Source: Takakia lepidozioides (lineage: Eukaryota; Plantae; Bryophyta). From it: DNA of 64,000 nucleotides. The DNA is taken from assembly GCA_030704615.1 (NCBI GenBank), contig CM060731.1, positions 17,298,001 through 17,362,000 on the forward strand, written 5' to 3'. The translations under genes were made by a program, and so were the position numbers. Positions 12,729-23,949 of this stretch are shown in pieces. Each line of letters begins with the position of its first letter. The stretch's first letter is position 1. The notes under the pieces were generated by a model. That model was not told the DNA's origin, did not search any database, and saw only the letters and a program-made list of their open reading frames with translations.

Positions 12729-13455
12729 TGTCGCGCACCTCACTTCGGTAAGCTCCCCTTCAAGTCATAGTTACTCGCTTTGATGCGCGCGCCTGACTCC
12801 CAACCTGGCCGCCCGGGCCAACTTGGAGCTTCGGCTGCTCACCGGGACATAACGGTCCCCCTTCGCTTCCCACTAAACCCTCCACCTATTTGGGACTAGG
12901 AGAATTCCCTTTGGTAGATGGCAGTCCGGAACAGCTCCCTACTCTTTGGTCGCTTTCCGGCTCGCTCGCTTACTCACTAGTTTTTGGTCACCAATGGGCT
13001 TGCACCGTTCTCGGGGTCACTACTCCCCTTATATATACTTCTGTAGCTGTCCACGGGGGTTTCACAACCAGCCATGCCATTTTATGGCGAACCACCACGA
13101 AAACCCTCGACTCCCGGTGATGAGTCGCGGTGAGTCTTGGCCCACTCACCACGGCCCCTATGGACCGTGATGAGTCCCAAGACTTCCCACGACTCCCACC
13201 ACGAGGTCTCCGCCCCCATGGTGAGTCCTATGCCACCCCCACTAAGTCCGCTAAGCTACCACCCCCCTTGTGGAGCCACCCCCACCGCAACCGGTGTGCG
13301 GGGCTCCACCTAGTGAGCGCCTCCGCTTCCCTGAGTGCCTTGGGCACTCAAGGGTGCTTCAGCCCCCCCCATACCTATCGCTGCCGCTGCCCCCACCACA
13401 GGGGCAGCCCCTCGTGTGTCCCGACCCCCTGCCCTCAAGGCAAAGGGCCGCGAGA
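12729..13455. mobile_element. Solo LTR (727 bp) inserted in a methyltransferase exon
   Basis: Termini TGTCGCG...CGCGAGA (6/7 inverted) with 5-bp TSD AGTGC at 12724-12728 and 13456-13460. Removing it restores GGA AGG CAC TTC TTC GGC (GRHFFG). Confidence 0.85.
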
Positions 13456-15170
13456 AGTGCCTTCCGGCGCTTTTGTACGCATGAAAAGATGCTCCTGCAA
13501 ATCGAAGATGAACGAGAAATCAAAACAGGGCTTCCCTAAGCTCACTGCCCACATTTCAAACACAGTGTTCAGGGCCCCACCTGTTCCCATAGACAAGTCA
13601 ACCACTCGTCCACCGTGACGGCTGCATGTCTCCACCAAAGTCTGCATGAAAGCTGGGGATTTCTCCCGTGCACCTCTCCAAGGGACACAAATCAACCTTA
13701 TCGTGGTTCGACCCGAGTCCACGTAATTGAAGATTACATCATCCTCCACAGGCTTGCAGGTGGGGTCAATGTGAGCTGCAAGGTCCCTCAACTGGAACTC
13801 AGCAATACCAGGAGGAAGAGTGTTCTTACGCATCCTCACCAGGCACAAAGCTTCGAACACCCGAGTCTGTCAACAATCACGAAGAGAGCATGAGGCAAAA
13901 GACAAAACCAACTTTTGACATGTACATCAGAACCACTAAACTTTAATTCAAAGGAACCAACTCACTTTCTGCCCGGGAACTCGCCCTTCGTAAGAGGCAG
14001 AGTGTTGATGCATGTCCAAGTTTTGATGACACGAAACCCGGAAGCTTTCATGTAGCTGAAAAGAGTTCTCCGTGCCGACATGTCCTTTGACTGCATGAGA
14101 AGAAGAGCCCCCAAGTCAGAAAGGAATTTGTTGCTGAATGAGAAGGCCCACTGCCAGTAACGAGAATCCGATTTGTTCCAAGTGGGGGTTGAATTGGAAG
14201 GCAACACATCAGGGACAGGGAAACCGTCAGGAATGTCCAGCACCACAAGGTCAGTCGCGTATGCCTGCTGAACTCCATTCACCCAATCCGGCCTTTTTGT
14301 GACCTACAGCCAAAAAAACAGGAGACAGTGTCACAAGCCCAATCTTGATCCAACAGGAAATCAATCCCATCGACAAGCTAGAACAAGTTGCCAAAACAAA
14401 ATTATTCACACAACAGTTAAGACATATGTGCTTATCTGAGTGAGGAACAAAACAAGCATGTCCCATGATTTCGAGGGCACCCCTTTGAATGTAGACTTCC
14501 TGGATTCCATCATTGCCAGAAAACTTTCATTCACCACCTTACGATGGAACTGGCCCAAAACCCTGGATGGTTGTTCTCTCGCATCGAAAGGCTGCTCCCT
14601 CGACTTTGCTGTTCTCCTATCCCTCCTAGTTGGAGAAGGCTGTCTTTCAGCGACCTCTGACGGGCCCTGTTCCTGCGGAGCTGCACTCTTCCCCTTCCCC
14701 TTCGGATCCCCGACAATCTTCCCCTTCCGTTTTGGAGTAGCAGATTTCTCAGGCTCTTTTGCAGCCAGAGCAACAATGATTCTGTCCTGAATGTCTTTGT
14801 CAGCCAGTGGGGCAAATGCCGCGGCATTGACGTTAAGGTTTCTCCAAACAACTTAATCGAATGGTGTGTCCTGTTTTGGCAGATCGAGGTACCACCCACA
14901 GTCTCTGAAGTGCGCCCTGCTCCAGTCTCTGGCAATACCAGCCATGTACATTGTCTTGTCATTGGAGGGGTCAGCCCACGAGTAGATGAAGTCTGGGTCA
15001 TCACTAAGGTACTTTCCCGGTATGAGGACATGATACATATACCTGAATGACACACACACCCAAAATCCAGACAGTCAATCGATCTGATCAGGACACAGAT
15101 CACACATCACGAGAAGTGTATTGGCATGCAAGTCAGTAACACTGATAAACCAACGTTTGAAAGCCCGATT

Positions 15171-15932
15171 CAACATTGCATTGACGCAATGTTGATTCGA
15201 GCTGAAATGGAAAACATCAAATTTGGAGAACTGCACTTTCAACAAGCACGTACGAGAGGGAAAACCCATTATCCTAAAACATCTCATGCACAACATTGGA
15301 ACCCCAATCAACCTTGCGTTGACACAAAGAAGATTGGCGGATACACCTATGATAATGTAGCATTGAAAGAGACAGTGTTTGGCAACGGAATTCAACATTG
15401 CGTCAATGCAAGGTTGTTTTCATTAACAGAGGAAATGGAAAACAGTGATTGAAAAACACCATCCGAATATCTGCTGGTATGGATATTCAACCTTGCGTTG
15501 ACGCAATGTTGAATTCCTCTACTGAAACACCTGTCCAGGGTATTTTTGATAACCTTAACTTTCCTACAATTGTATGGAAATCGGGGTATTTTGGCGGGAT
15601 TAATCTAGCAATCCATACCGTCAAACAACGTTGCGTCAACGCAAGGCTGTTTGATGGTACAGTGTAAGCTCTAAACAACATTTCAAACAGACTCCAAACA
15701 GACTTTAAGTTCATCCTGGCAGCATTGCAAATGGAAACCACCAAAAAAACAACCCAAGAACACATGAAAACCTACACAGCTAGGCCCTTCATCAACCTTG
15801 CGTTGACGCAAGGTTGATTTGCCTGTCAATTTTTGCCCTTTCACATTCAGAATAACGACTTCATTGGATACCCCAGGTACATGAAAGTGAAACCAAAACA
15901 AAGGGATACAAGCTTGCATTAACGCAATGTTG
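15171..15932. repeat. Cluster of about 7 dispersed 24-bp palindromes, consensus CAACCTTGCGT-TG-ACGCAAGGTTG
   Basis: Copies at ~15171, 15309, 15393, 15488, 15626, 15793 and 15909, separated by non-repeating spacers. Confidence 0.92.
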
Positions 15933-17814
15933 CTCGGCTGCACGTCCAGAGCCTTCAGAGCTCCCTGAAAACCTCCGAATTCGCAGTTCTATATGGAAAA
16001 AACGAAACAAGAATACAGAAATATACACTTCAAGTACCAGAATTGTTTCTTGGAGGTCACACCTATATAACACTCGTTTCATCGCTTGCTCGCTGTTGTA
16101 CTGGTTTTTGAATTCGTAGGACCTGGAGATTCCTTTTTCTCTCTCAAACTCCCTGAAAAAATAGTTGTTCCAGACAACGAGCTTCCATCTCCTGATATAG
16201 GCCTCCAGTGTGATCCGGGGGCAAGACATCTGGATTTTGTAGTCTGCCATTTGACTCCCCAAGTGCAGCCACCGCTCGTTTTTCCAACTGCAGCAAGAAA
16301 GATCATAAGAATTGTGGAGAGAGCACGGAGCAGCACAAGCATTTGAAAATGGTTTTGTGAAAACTTTACCTGGCTCCAGAAGGTTGCTTTGTGTAGCCAC
16401 TGGTCGAATGTGTGGTTGCTAACAACTTTTATTGCTTGTGTCTTGGAGTCCCTCTCAGGAGATGGGAACATGTTGGTGTTTCTCACAAGTGGATCGGAAT
16501 TCCAGATCTCCAACCACCTGATTTTGGTTGCATTGTCCACCATTGAAATGGAAAGGCGATGCAGTTTCTCTTGGGTCATCTCTGGCTTTGAGCCATACTT
16601 GTCATAATGTGCTTTCACCTGTTCCAGAAATTCTGTGCCAAGACTTGGATCTGCTATGCGGATTTGTTTGTCGAACGCACTCATGAGGTTCTTCCTTTGA
16701 TTGTTCATCTCAAATTTCATTATGTCCTCAAGCCCAGTAGCAAACCTTTGCTCTTCTGTGTGGGAAGCATAGTACTCTGCTTTCGCCTTCAAACCAATTT
16801 CTGCTATTTCTTGCTGCATACATTACATGGAGAAAGAATCAAACACTACCGTTTCTTGATAAAATTTGCAGTAACAACAATCAAACAGATATCAAGAAGT
16901 ATACCGTGTACATGTAGTCAAGAAAAGCCTCCCTTGTCAGGCTGTACCATGTGCTTGTCTTCTTTTCAGCACACCTCTTCATCTGCTGAGGACTGAGCAC
17001 GTTCGTGAATGGCTCCAGTGGCATCAGTCCTATCTTCTGGATACGGAATAGAGCGTGGCAGAGATTTGTCGTCACATGGTAGGTTTCATTGGACCTGGAA
17101 AAACCTTCAACTCATAAGATGATTTCTAATTGTGCAAACGCAGATCGGAACGGGAACAATGTTGGTAACTTACTTGTTTATGTCGTGCATGGCTGTCAAG
17201 AGCTGCGTGACACGTACTTTGTGATCGAGTACCATGGAAACCACGCTCCAATGCCATTCGATCTCGTCCGAGTGTAAGCTTGAAACGTAATCCATCCAGG
17301 CAAGCAGTCTATGGTTCCCATCCCAGACAAAAAACATCTTTCCCATAAATGCTTTTGTGGATTGGACAGCTTGAACTCAAACTCCCTGTTTACATCCCGC
17401 CAGCATGCATCCCAACTTTGCTCTATCTCCTCTGTTACATGACACTCCTCTCCTTTCGTGTTCACAATGGATACATAGAACACAGCAGATCCCTTGACAT
17501 AGCCGTGAACAAAATCGTTCTTCAACTTCGTGATGTCATTCCTCAATGCGGGTCGAACTGCGGGCATGGAGATCATCCTGCATAGTGGGATAACTAGGTT
17601 TCCGCCGGGAACCTCCATCGACAGAATCACCTTTGAGGAGTTCACTTTCTGCCCACCCATAACCTCCTCGGCCTTGTCTTCATAGTGTCCCTCAAATGAC
17701 TCCTCCTCACCATTACTTTCTGCCACTTCCGCATCTCCCCCCACAGATTTCTTTTTTCTTTTCCTCTGCACAGAATGAATATCCCTGTGAGTGACAGATT
17801 GAGCTCCCATGGAT

Positions 17815-18380
17815 CTACCTTGCGTTGACGCAAGGTTGATTGATGGGGATGCAGCTTAGTCTGAAATGCATACCGCAACAGTCCATTGAACCAACTAAAT
17901 GCTTTGCGTTGATGCAGGGTTCTTTCGGTGGCTTCAGATAATCGACTTTCCCTACTTTGCGTTTCCTGGTGCGATACTTCAGATGCAGAGAGTGGCATCA
18001 GAATCAGCCTCGCGTCAACGCAAGGTTGATTCGAGTGCTGAATTTGCTTCATGTCACCTTCATAAACAAACGCTTTGGAGGTCGACATCAACCTTGCGTT
18101 GACGCAAGGTTGCTGTGGAGCTCTCAGATTGGTGTTCAACAAACAAAAAAATCACATGGAAAGGCACATTGCAACTTATGGTTTCTTCTTGGCACTGTAT
18201 GATGCACCGGGAGCATTCAATAGTTCCATGGCTGCCAGGCGTTTAGGGTTTGTGGGATTGAACATAAAAGGCACACGAATCAACCTCGCGTCAACGCAAG
18301 GTTGATTCGATCTGCACTCGTTTCTTGCCTAGAACATACACTGTGGAGGTCGACATCAACCTTGCGTTGACGCAAAGTTG
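17815..18380. repeat. Second cluster (about 6) of the 24-bp CAACCTTGCGTTGACGCAAGGTTG palindrome
   Basis: Copies at ~17815, 17898 (degenerate), 18005, 18089, 18281 and 18357. Confidence 0.92.
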
Positions 18381-18897
18381 ATGTCGACCTCTCTGATGAG
18401 CATGGAACAGACAAAAAAAAGGATAAAGAGGGTGGATAGTCACCTCCGGTTTCTTCTTTGCACTTGATGATGCTCCTGAGGCATTCAACTTTTCCATGGG
18501 GTCTGGAGGCAGCATACTTCCAAGGAGGTCCCGGTGGTGCGAAACAACGGCAGACGGTATGGTCTCTGTGTCCATCTCTCCTCCCTGCTCTCTCAAGACC
18601 TGGTTCTCCACTCGCAGTGCTTCCTCTCAAGCCCAACTGACTTCCTCGTCCCCCCCCCTTCAATTGGAGGTTGCTCTTCGGTCGCCTCCGGGATCACTTG
18701 GAGACCTTCCTCTCCAAACAGTGGTTGCAGAATCGGGTTTTGGCGTTCGTCCTCATCTCCGCCGGAGGTTTCCTCTCCCATTATAAGTTCCCGTCTCGCC
18801 TTCCTCATCCTCTCCTTAGCGCGTACCCTTTGCTTGTTTGATGTGAAGTAAAGTGTTCTTTGACGTTTTCTTCTCCCTCGGGATATGGTCACTGTCT

Positions 18898-20874
18898 CGG
18901 GGGCTGCTATTTCATGAGCGGCATGAGCATGAGCGGAAAAAAAAAAGCATGAGCGGGCCGAATTGTGTCCACGGAAATAGGGTTAGGAGGCACGGAAATA
19001 GGGTCATGTGGACTTGTCATAGCAATGAAATGCAACATTTTATTGCAAATTTGGTGGCAAGCCACGTGTATACAAATGTGTCCTAACTGTCATAGCAGGA
19101 ATGGGAACTACTCTCCTACACCTTCCGAGGAACTTGGCCCTCCTTCTTCCTCATCCCCCTCATCCCCCCCATCCTCCGAGCTCTGTGATGCATCGGTTGC
19201 AGTATGCCTCTCAAAAATGCCGTCCTCTCCTTGGGGGACTGTCCACCTCACCTCCTGGGAATCTTCTGCCTCTTCTCCCCCACTTTCCTCAACAGAATCC
19301 AAGACAAATCTACGAGCCCGACGGGCTCTAATAGCTGCTGCCTCCTCCCTCATCTTCATTTTCTTGAGGCTTGCCTTGTCTAAAATCTGCTGTACACGAC
19401 TAGGTTCGGAACACCTCCTAATGGACACCGAAGCAAGCCGGGCAGCATAAGTAAGAAGGATGTAGTCCCTTTCTGGACTAGGCATGAAATTCCCCCTGGC
19501 AAAAAAAGGCACGTTCCTCCTGCCGTACTTGGCATCCTACAGTAAGAACAAATCCACTTCAAGAATGTCAATACCAGCAGAAGCAGAAAGGGTTTTCAAT
19601 GAAATAAGAGAGCGAAGGGAGGTGCCTCACAAAATCTGGAGGCAACTTACAATGCGACCACTCACTCGTACACCGGGGGCTGCTCGGCCTCGATCCCAAC
19701 TTGTTCCTCCCCCTGCTCCTTCTCGGATTTTTCCTCATCCTCCGAGGATGCCTCTTCCTCTTTCGGCAGACGTTCAGCCGCTGCAAGTTCCGAGTTGTGC
19801 AGGGCAGTATCTGGCTCGAAGGCGAACACATGCCTGTCGGACAACGTCCCTGCCCACATTGAAGCACCTGAGGAACAAAGCGGGCGGTTAATAGCTTGCG
19901 GCATGCAATTGCAATCGGGCCAGGGGACAAACTGAGCACGTGAAGGCTTACCCGTGCCGCATGTGAGGTCCAGAATCCGCCCTTGGACATCCGAGCACGT
20001 CTCCATGAGGGTTTGGATGAAAGCAGGGCTCCGGGTTCGGCTGTACCGCCACGGTTTGCCTGTCTTTGTGTCCTTCGGCATACTGGAGTGGGGCACATAG
20101 TTGTAGAGGACATCGTAGGTAACAGGGTCCACAGCGGCATCAACAAGACGACCGTCGTTGCGGAATTTGAACGTAGACCCTCTCTTCACAAAGCAATATG
20201 CCTCAAACACCAATGTCTGCACATCCAACAAAAGAGGGATCAACTCCGGGATTTTGTTTAGATACACCACAATATGAGGTGAATGCAATAGATTGATAAC
20301 TTACACTTTGGCCCTCTGTTCGCAACCCCTGTGTATTGATGCAGAACCATTTTCTGAGGAGGACCGGGGTGACACTTTTCGATGTCCACCTTGCCACCGC
20401 ATTCTCTGTGGTCTTCCCTCTTGTGGCAAGGACAACCACACATCCACCGTCATCCAGAAGCATCCCCGCCAGCCCAAACCCGGCTTTCCAATAGACCTCA
20501 GTAAACCTGTTCCAGGTGGGCACACCATTTAGGCCCTCCAGCAGCTCCCCATCTGGAATGTCGAGGATAATCATGTCGCAAACTCTCTCCACCTCAACCC
20601 CCCCCCCCCCGAGTGCTCTTGCAATCCGTGCTCACAGCCGTGAAGAATTCCATCATGGCTTCAAAACCAGGGGTGTCTTTAGGCTCTGTACCGGCAGCCC
20701 TCTTCTTGGCTTTCCCCTTCTGCTCCGCCAAAGACTTGCTGTGTGTCACCTTCTTCGCCCTGGCAGCAAGAGCGTCAAGGAAGCTCTCATTGACGCATTG
20801 GATGATGGTTGGAGGTTCTAGCTTTGGCCTGTGCGTAAACGTCACCGCCGAATACCGCCGTGTAGGCTCGCCCT
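18898..20874 (-). pseudogene. Methyltransferase-like gene copy 3 (5'-truncated inverted duplicate of 7696-9702)
   Basis: DMIILDIPDG..RSPAFIQTLMETCSDVQGRILDLTCGTG..RHVFAFEPD, with the same introns as copy 1. Confidence 0.8.
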
Positions 20875-20899
20875 TGTGTTGATATGAAGTTCTCCGAAT

Positions 20900-21008
20900 C
20901 AACCTCGTGTTGACACGATGTTGATTTTAGTTCCAGGAAAACAACCTCGTGTTAACACAACGTTCATTTCAGTTCTAGGAAATGAAGCTCATGTTAACAG
21001 AAGGTTGA
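20900..21008. repeat. Third, degenerate cluster (about 3) of the 24-bp palindrome
   Basis: CAACCTCGTGTTGACACGATGTTG at 20900, CAACCTCGTGTTAACACAACGTTC at 20942, and a weaker copy at ~20985. Confidence 0.7.
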
Positions 21009-21199
21009 ACTCCAGGAAAGCCCGAAACCCTTCATCCGTTTCACCTTCATGTGGTGATATCAGCAGTTGGGGGCCCCATGGTTATAGGCCCACCTTCTTT
21101 GTGGTGATGTGGCATGACCTGGACCAGGCTCATGCCATATCAGCATCAGCGCCACGTCAGCTGCATGAGCGTAGGCTCACGCCACGTCAGTCAGGGATG

Positions 21200-21912
21200 A
21201 CTCCTCAGAAAAACAGTCATTCATAAAAAATGGTATTAAGAAATACAGAGATTTTTGGACCAAAAGAATGTTGCTTGACGATCATTACCGGGGTGTGATT
21301 GTACAATATGACCAATACTGGGGAAATATTCTTGCCGAACTTGATAAGCCAATGCAGGACATTCCGGATCGTATTCAGCTTCTTGAGGGATTTTGGCCGA
21401 AAACAAATTGGTCCTCAAACCATCGGAGGGATGGCATCTAGCCACAAATACTGGAAGATATGGAAGATGAGGATGAAGTTCCAGAACCTTACTGTGGCCC
21501 TAGGTGTGAGCGTCCAAGGATACCCTTGAATCCGTTCAAGGATATTGAGCAAGGGTTTTTTGTGTTCGTTCGCCCTCATGACCCAACAACGTGCCCGGTC
21601 TGGATGGGAATGGCAATTTCAGATGTCATCCGAGAAAGGGAAGATCCTAATTTTAAGAAAGTGAAGGTGGAGTGGTGGAGACCGAAGAAATGAGGTAACC
21701 CCTCAGACTTTGAGAGGTACAGGGACTGTTGGTCAAAAGTTTGGGAGTACAACCCGTCAGATCCTGCTCAATGGATCCACGTGAACAATGTCGTGTGGAC
21801 AATGCCGCCACGAAAAAATACGACAAGAAATAGCACCAAGAGAATTACAGCGGTGGAAGCAGTGAAGGCGCGCGCGAATTTGGAGGTTGCTAACCTTCAG
21901 CCAGATACCTGA
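21200..21912 (+). mobile_element. Probable C-terminal part of the Sola-like transposase
   Basis: Coding-like GIKKYRDFW..QYWGNIL..LLEGFWPKTNW..FFVFVRP..PVWMGMA..VKVEWWRP..CWSKVW, on the same strand as 9960-11740, with no own start. Continuity is inferred. Confidence 0.55.
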
Positions 21913-23949
21913 AGGTTTCCTTCTTGCGAACCACTTTCCATCCATGGACTAAATGTTGAGGTCATTTTCGGTTTTTCATTTTAAGATATAAAAATTTCTT
22001 TACGCTTCTTTCCCTTCGTGTTTGCATTGGGTTCTTTCCTATCTTTTTTTTTCTGTCGCACTGAACCTCGAGTGGGCAGTGGACGTTCATCTATTTTCTT
22101 TCTGCCGTGTTGGACTCTGCACTACTGTACATTCTGTTCATCTACATATATTCGTGACATGGGGGATTCTGGCTTACAAAACAGACAATGCACCAAAAAA
22201 ATAAAATGCTGGCACAACCCCTGGATTCTTTCTTTTCCAATCCGGTCTAAATGTTTTTTTGCAATGTCTCGTTCTAGTGAGTGCGAGTCTTCCATATTTG
22301 TTTGTCCATTTATACCTTTACCATCACCTCTAAATCCTTACCCTTCGTTTTACCCTTCCCTTAACCCTTCCATAGGCTTAAGCCGGACACTTAGTACCCT
22401 AAACCATTACTCTTACCATATACCAAAAACCTTTGTGTACTCCCATAAATCCAAACCCTAAACCCTTACCCTGGCCTTAATCTTACACTTAATATATCTA
22501 GTTACACCCCAAACCTTATTTTACTGCCCTAGTAGGTCATCTTCCTAATGTTTCAAGCTATTTTAATATTTTACTGCCCTTCTCACACCCAAAACATCAT
22601 TCCAATGACATTGTCTATAAATATTGTGCTTGTCAACATGAAGATTCAATCAAAATTACCATCAACTTATATCAAGTATGGTAGAGTACTATGAGTCTAT
22701 CCCATGTTCGATTCGACACATTTGTTTATCGTGATTGTAACATAATGTAATATTACATCATTCGACTTTCCAGTCGACGTTCAATGAATTGTTCAGTTAC
22801 ATTGCAACTTCACAAGTACTTCAATGTCAAATGGACATCTTATATGTTACATTTTGAAGCAAGTATGACATCACTTGTAATTTCACAAAGTTCAATCACA
22901 TATTACTATCCAAGATATTATTAATATTTGAATTAATTTTAATTCAAATACATATTAAGTTTGGTCCGGATTTAAGCCAAAAGTCCAGAATTAGTTAAAA
23001 TAGGGTTGTATGTGGCTATGGTCTGCTTATGGTCTGCTTACTGGAGAAAGAGGCTCCAAGCTGGGCTCGAAATGGACGCATGACCTGCATACCTAGTAGT
23101 CCGTGATGGCAGATTTTTCCTTACTAGTAAGATAACTCGGCTGATGACGGTCGATTTTTGCCGACGCACAGATCAGGCTGTCATAGTTTTAGTCATGGTT
23201 AACTAGAATTACCTACTTCTAATTAACTATGACATTTTGGATATTTATATTTGTATTTTGTGTGTTGGGACTTCATTTGGTCTCATATGCCAAGTGAGAT
23301 GTCAAGCCTCACTTGGGACATGACAATAGGTTTTCCCCCTTGTGCTAGGGTTGAGGAGGCTTATCTTCTTGTAGTTGAGCCTCCATGAGCATCTCTCACC
23401 TCCATAGCTCTAGGTATGGAGAGAGAGTATATTGTGGGCTTTGTAGGGTGGATTCATTTACCAAAGATGCCCTTGGCTTGACTTATATAAAGTGATAGAG
23501 TGGGTTTATCTCTTTCCACATTTCTTATCATTGTGGCATAGCTTTCTAGGATTGTATGCTTAGAATGTGCGATGGACAACGATGTATGTTATGGCACGAT
23601 GCTTAAGTGCACGACAATGCCCATATGGAGCGCACTTGCATGACTTGTAGTTGTCTGTAGAAAAGTTTGGTGCTGCTCTTGATCGTACTTACTATCTGTA
23701 AATGCCTGGGAGATGCTTTGAGATAATTATGTGTCGGGAGAGACAGTAGCCTATGTTTCGCTTTCGAGATCCAGCTAGACCTGATAAGAAGCTGTAGTCA
23801 TGTTGCTGTAGTTGGCCCAGAAGTGCACATAAACCAAGGGACGTCTGAAGTTGATGCAGACAAGGGAGTTGTAGTGGCCGCCATATCACAAGGGTTTGAA
23901 CGAAATAAGTGGGACTGCTAGATAAGAGTCCATATAGAGCTTCTTCCCC

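Larger units (their letters stand above)
12090..18890 (-). pseudogene. Multi-exon ParB/Srx-like (DGNHR) + beta-class DNA methyltransferase-like gene, copy 2; interrupted by a solo LTR
   Basis: Exon from ~17765: IPLCRMISMPAVRP..FYVSI.., then after a 1-bp shift MFFVWDGNHRLLAW (~17340-17295)..LTAMHDINK. Further exons at ~17094-16905 and ~16820-16060. Methyltransferase exons start at ~15042, then 14303-13966 (DLVVLDIPDG), 13866-13581 (REKSPAFMQTLVETCSRHGGRVVDLSMGTG), 13494-13461 plus 12728-12573 (ASFHAYKSAGRHFFGMEAD), and 12444 onward. A single fused transcript is inferred from shared strand and splice sites. Confidence 0.7.

Noticed and set aside
15171-18380. CRISPR-like appearance (palindromic repeat with unique spacers)
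   Set aside because: Spacer lengths are irregular (about 50-170 bp), orientations are mixed, no cas genes are present, and the context is eukaryotic introns.
7143-20874. Bacterial contamination or a restriction-modification operon
   Set aside because: The genes have conserved GT-AG introns and an LTR insertion, and are contiguous with plant genes.
7696-20874. The 2-kb inverted arms as transposon TIRs or LTRs
   Set aside because: The arms begin mid-gene, consist of exons and introns, and have no TSD or TG..CA ends.
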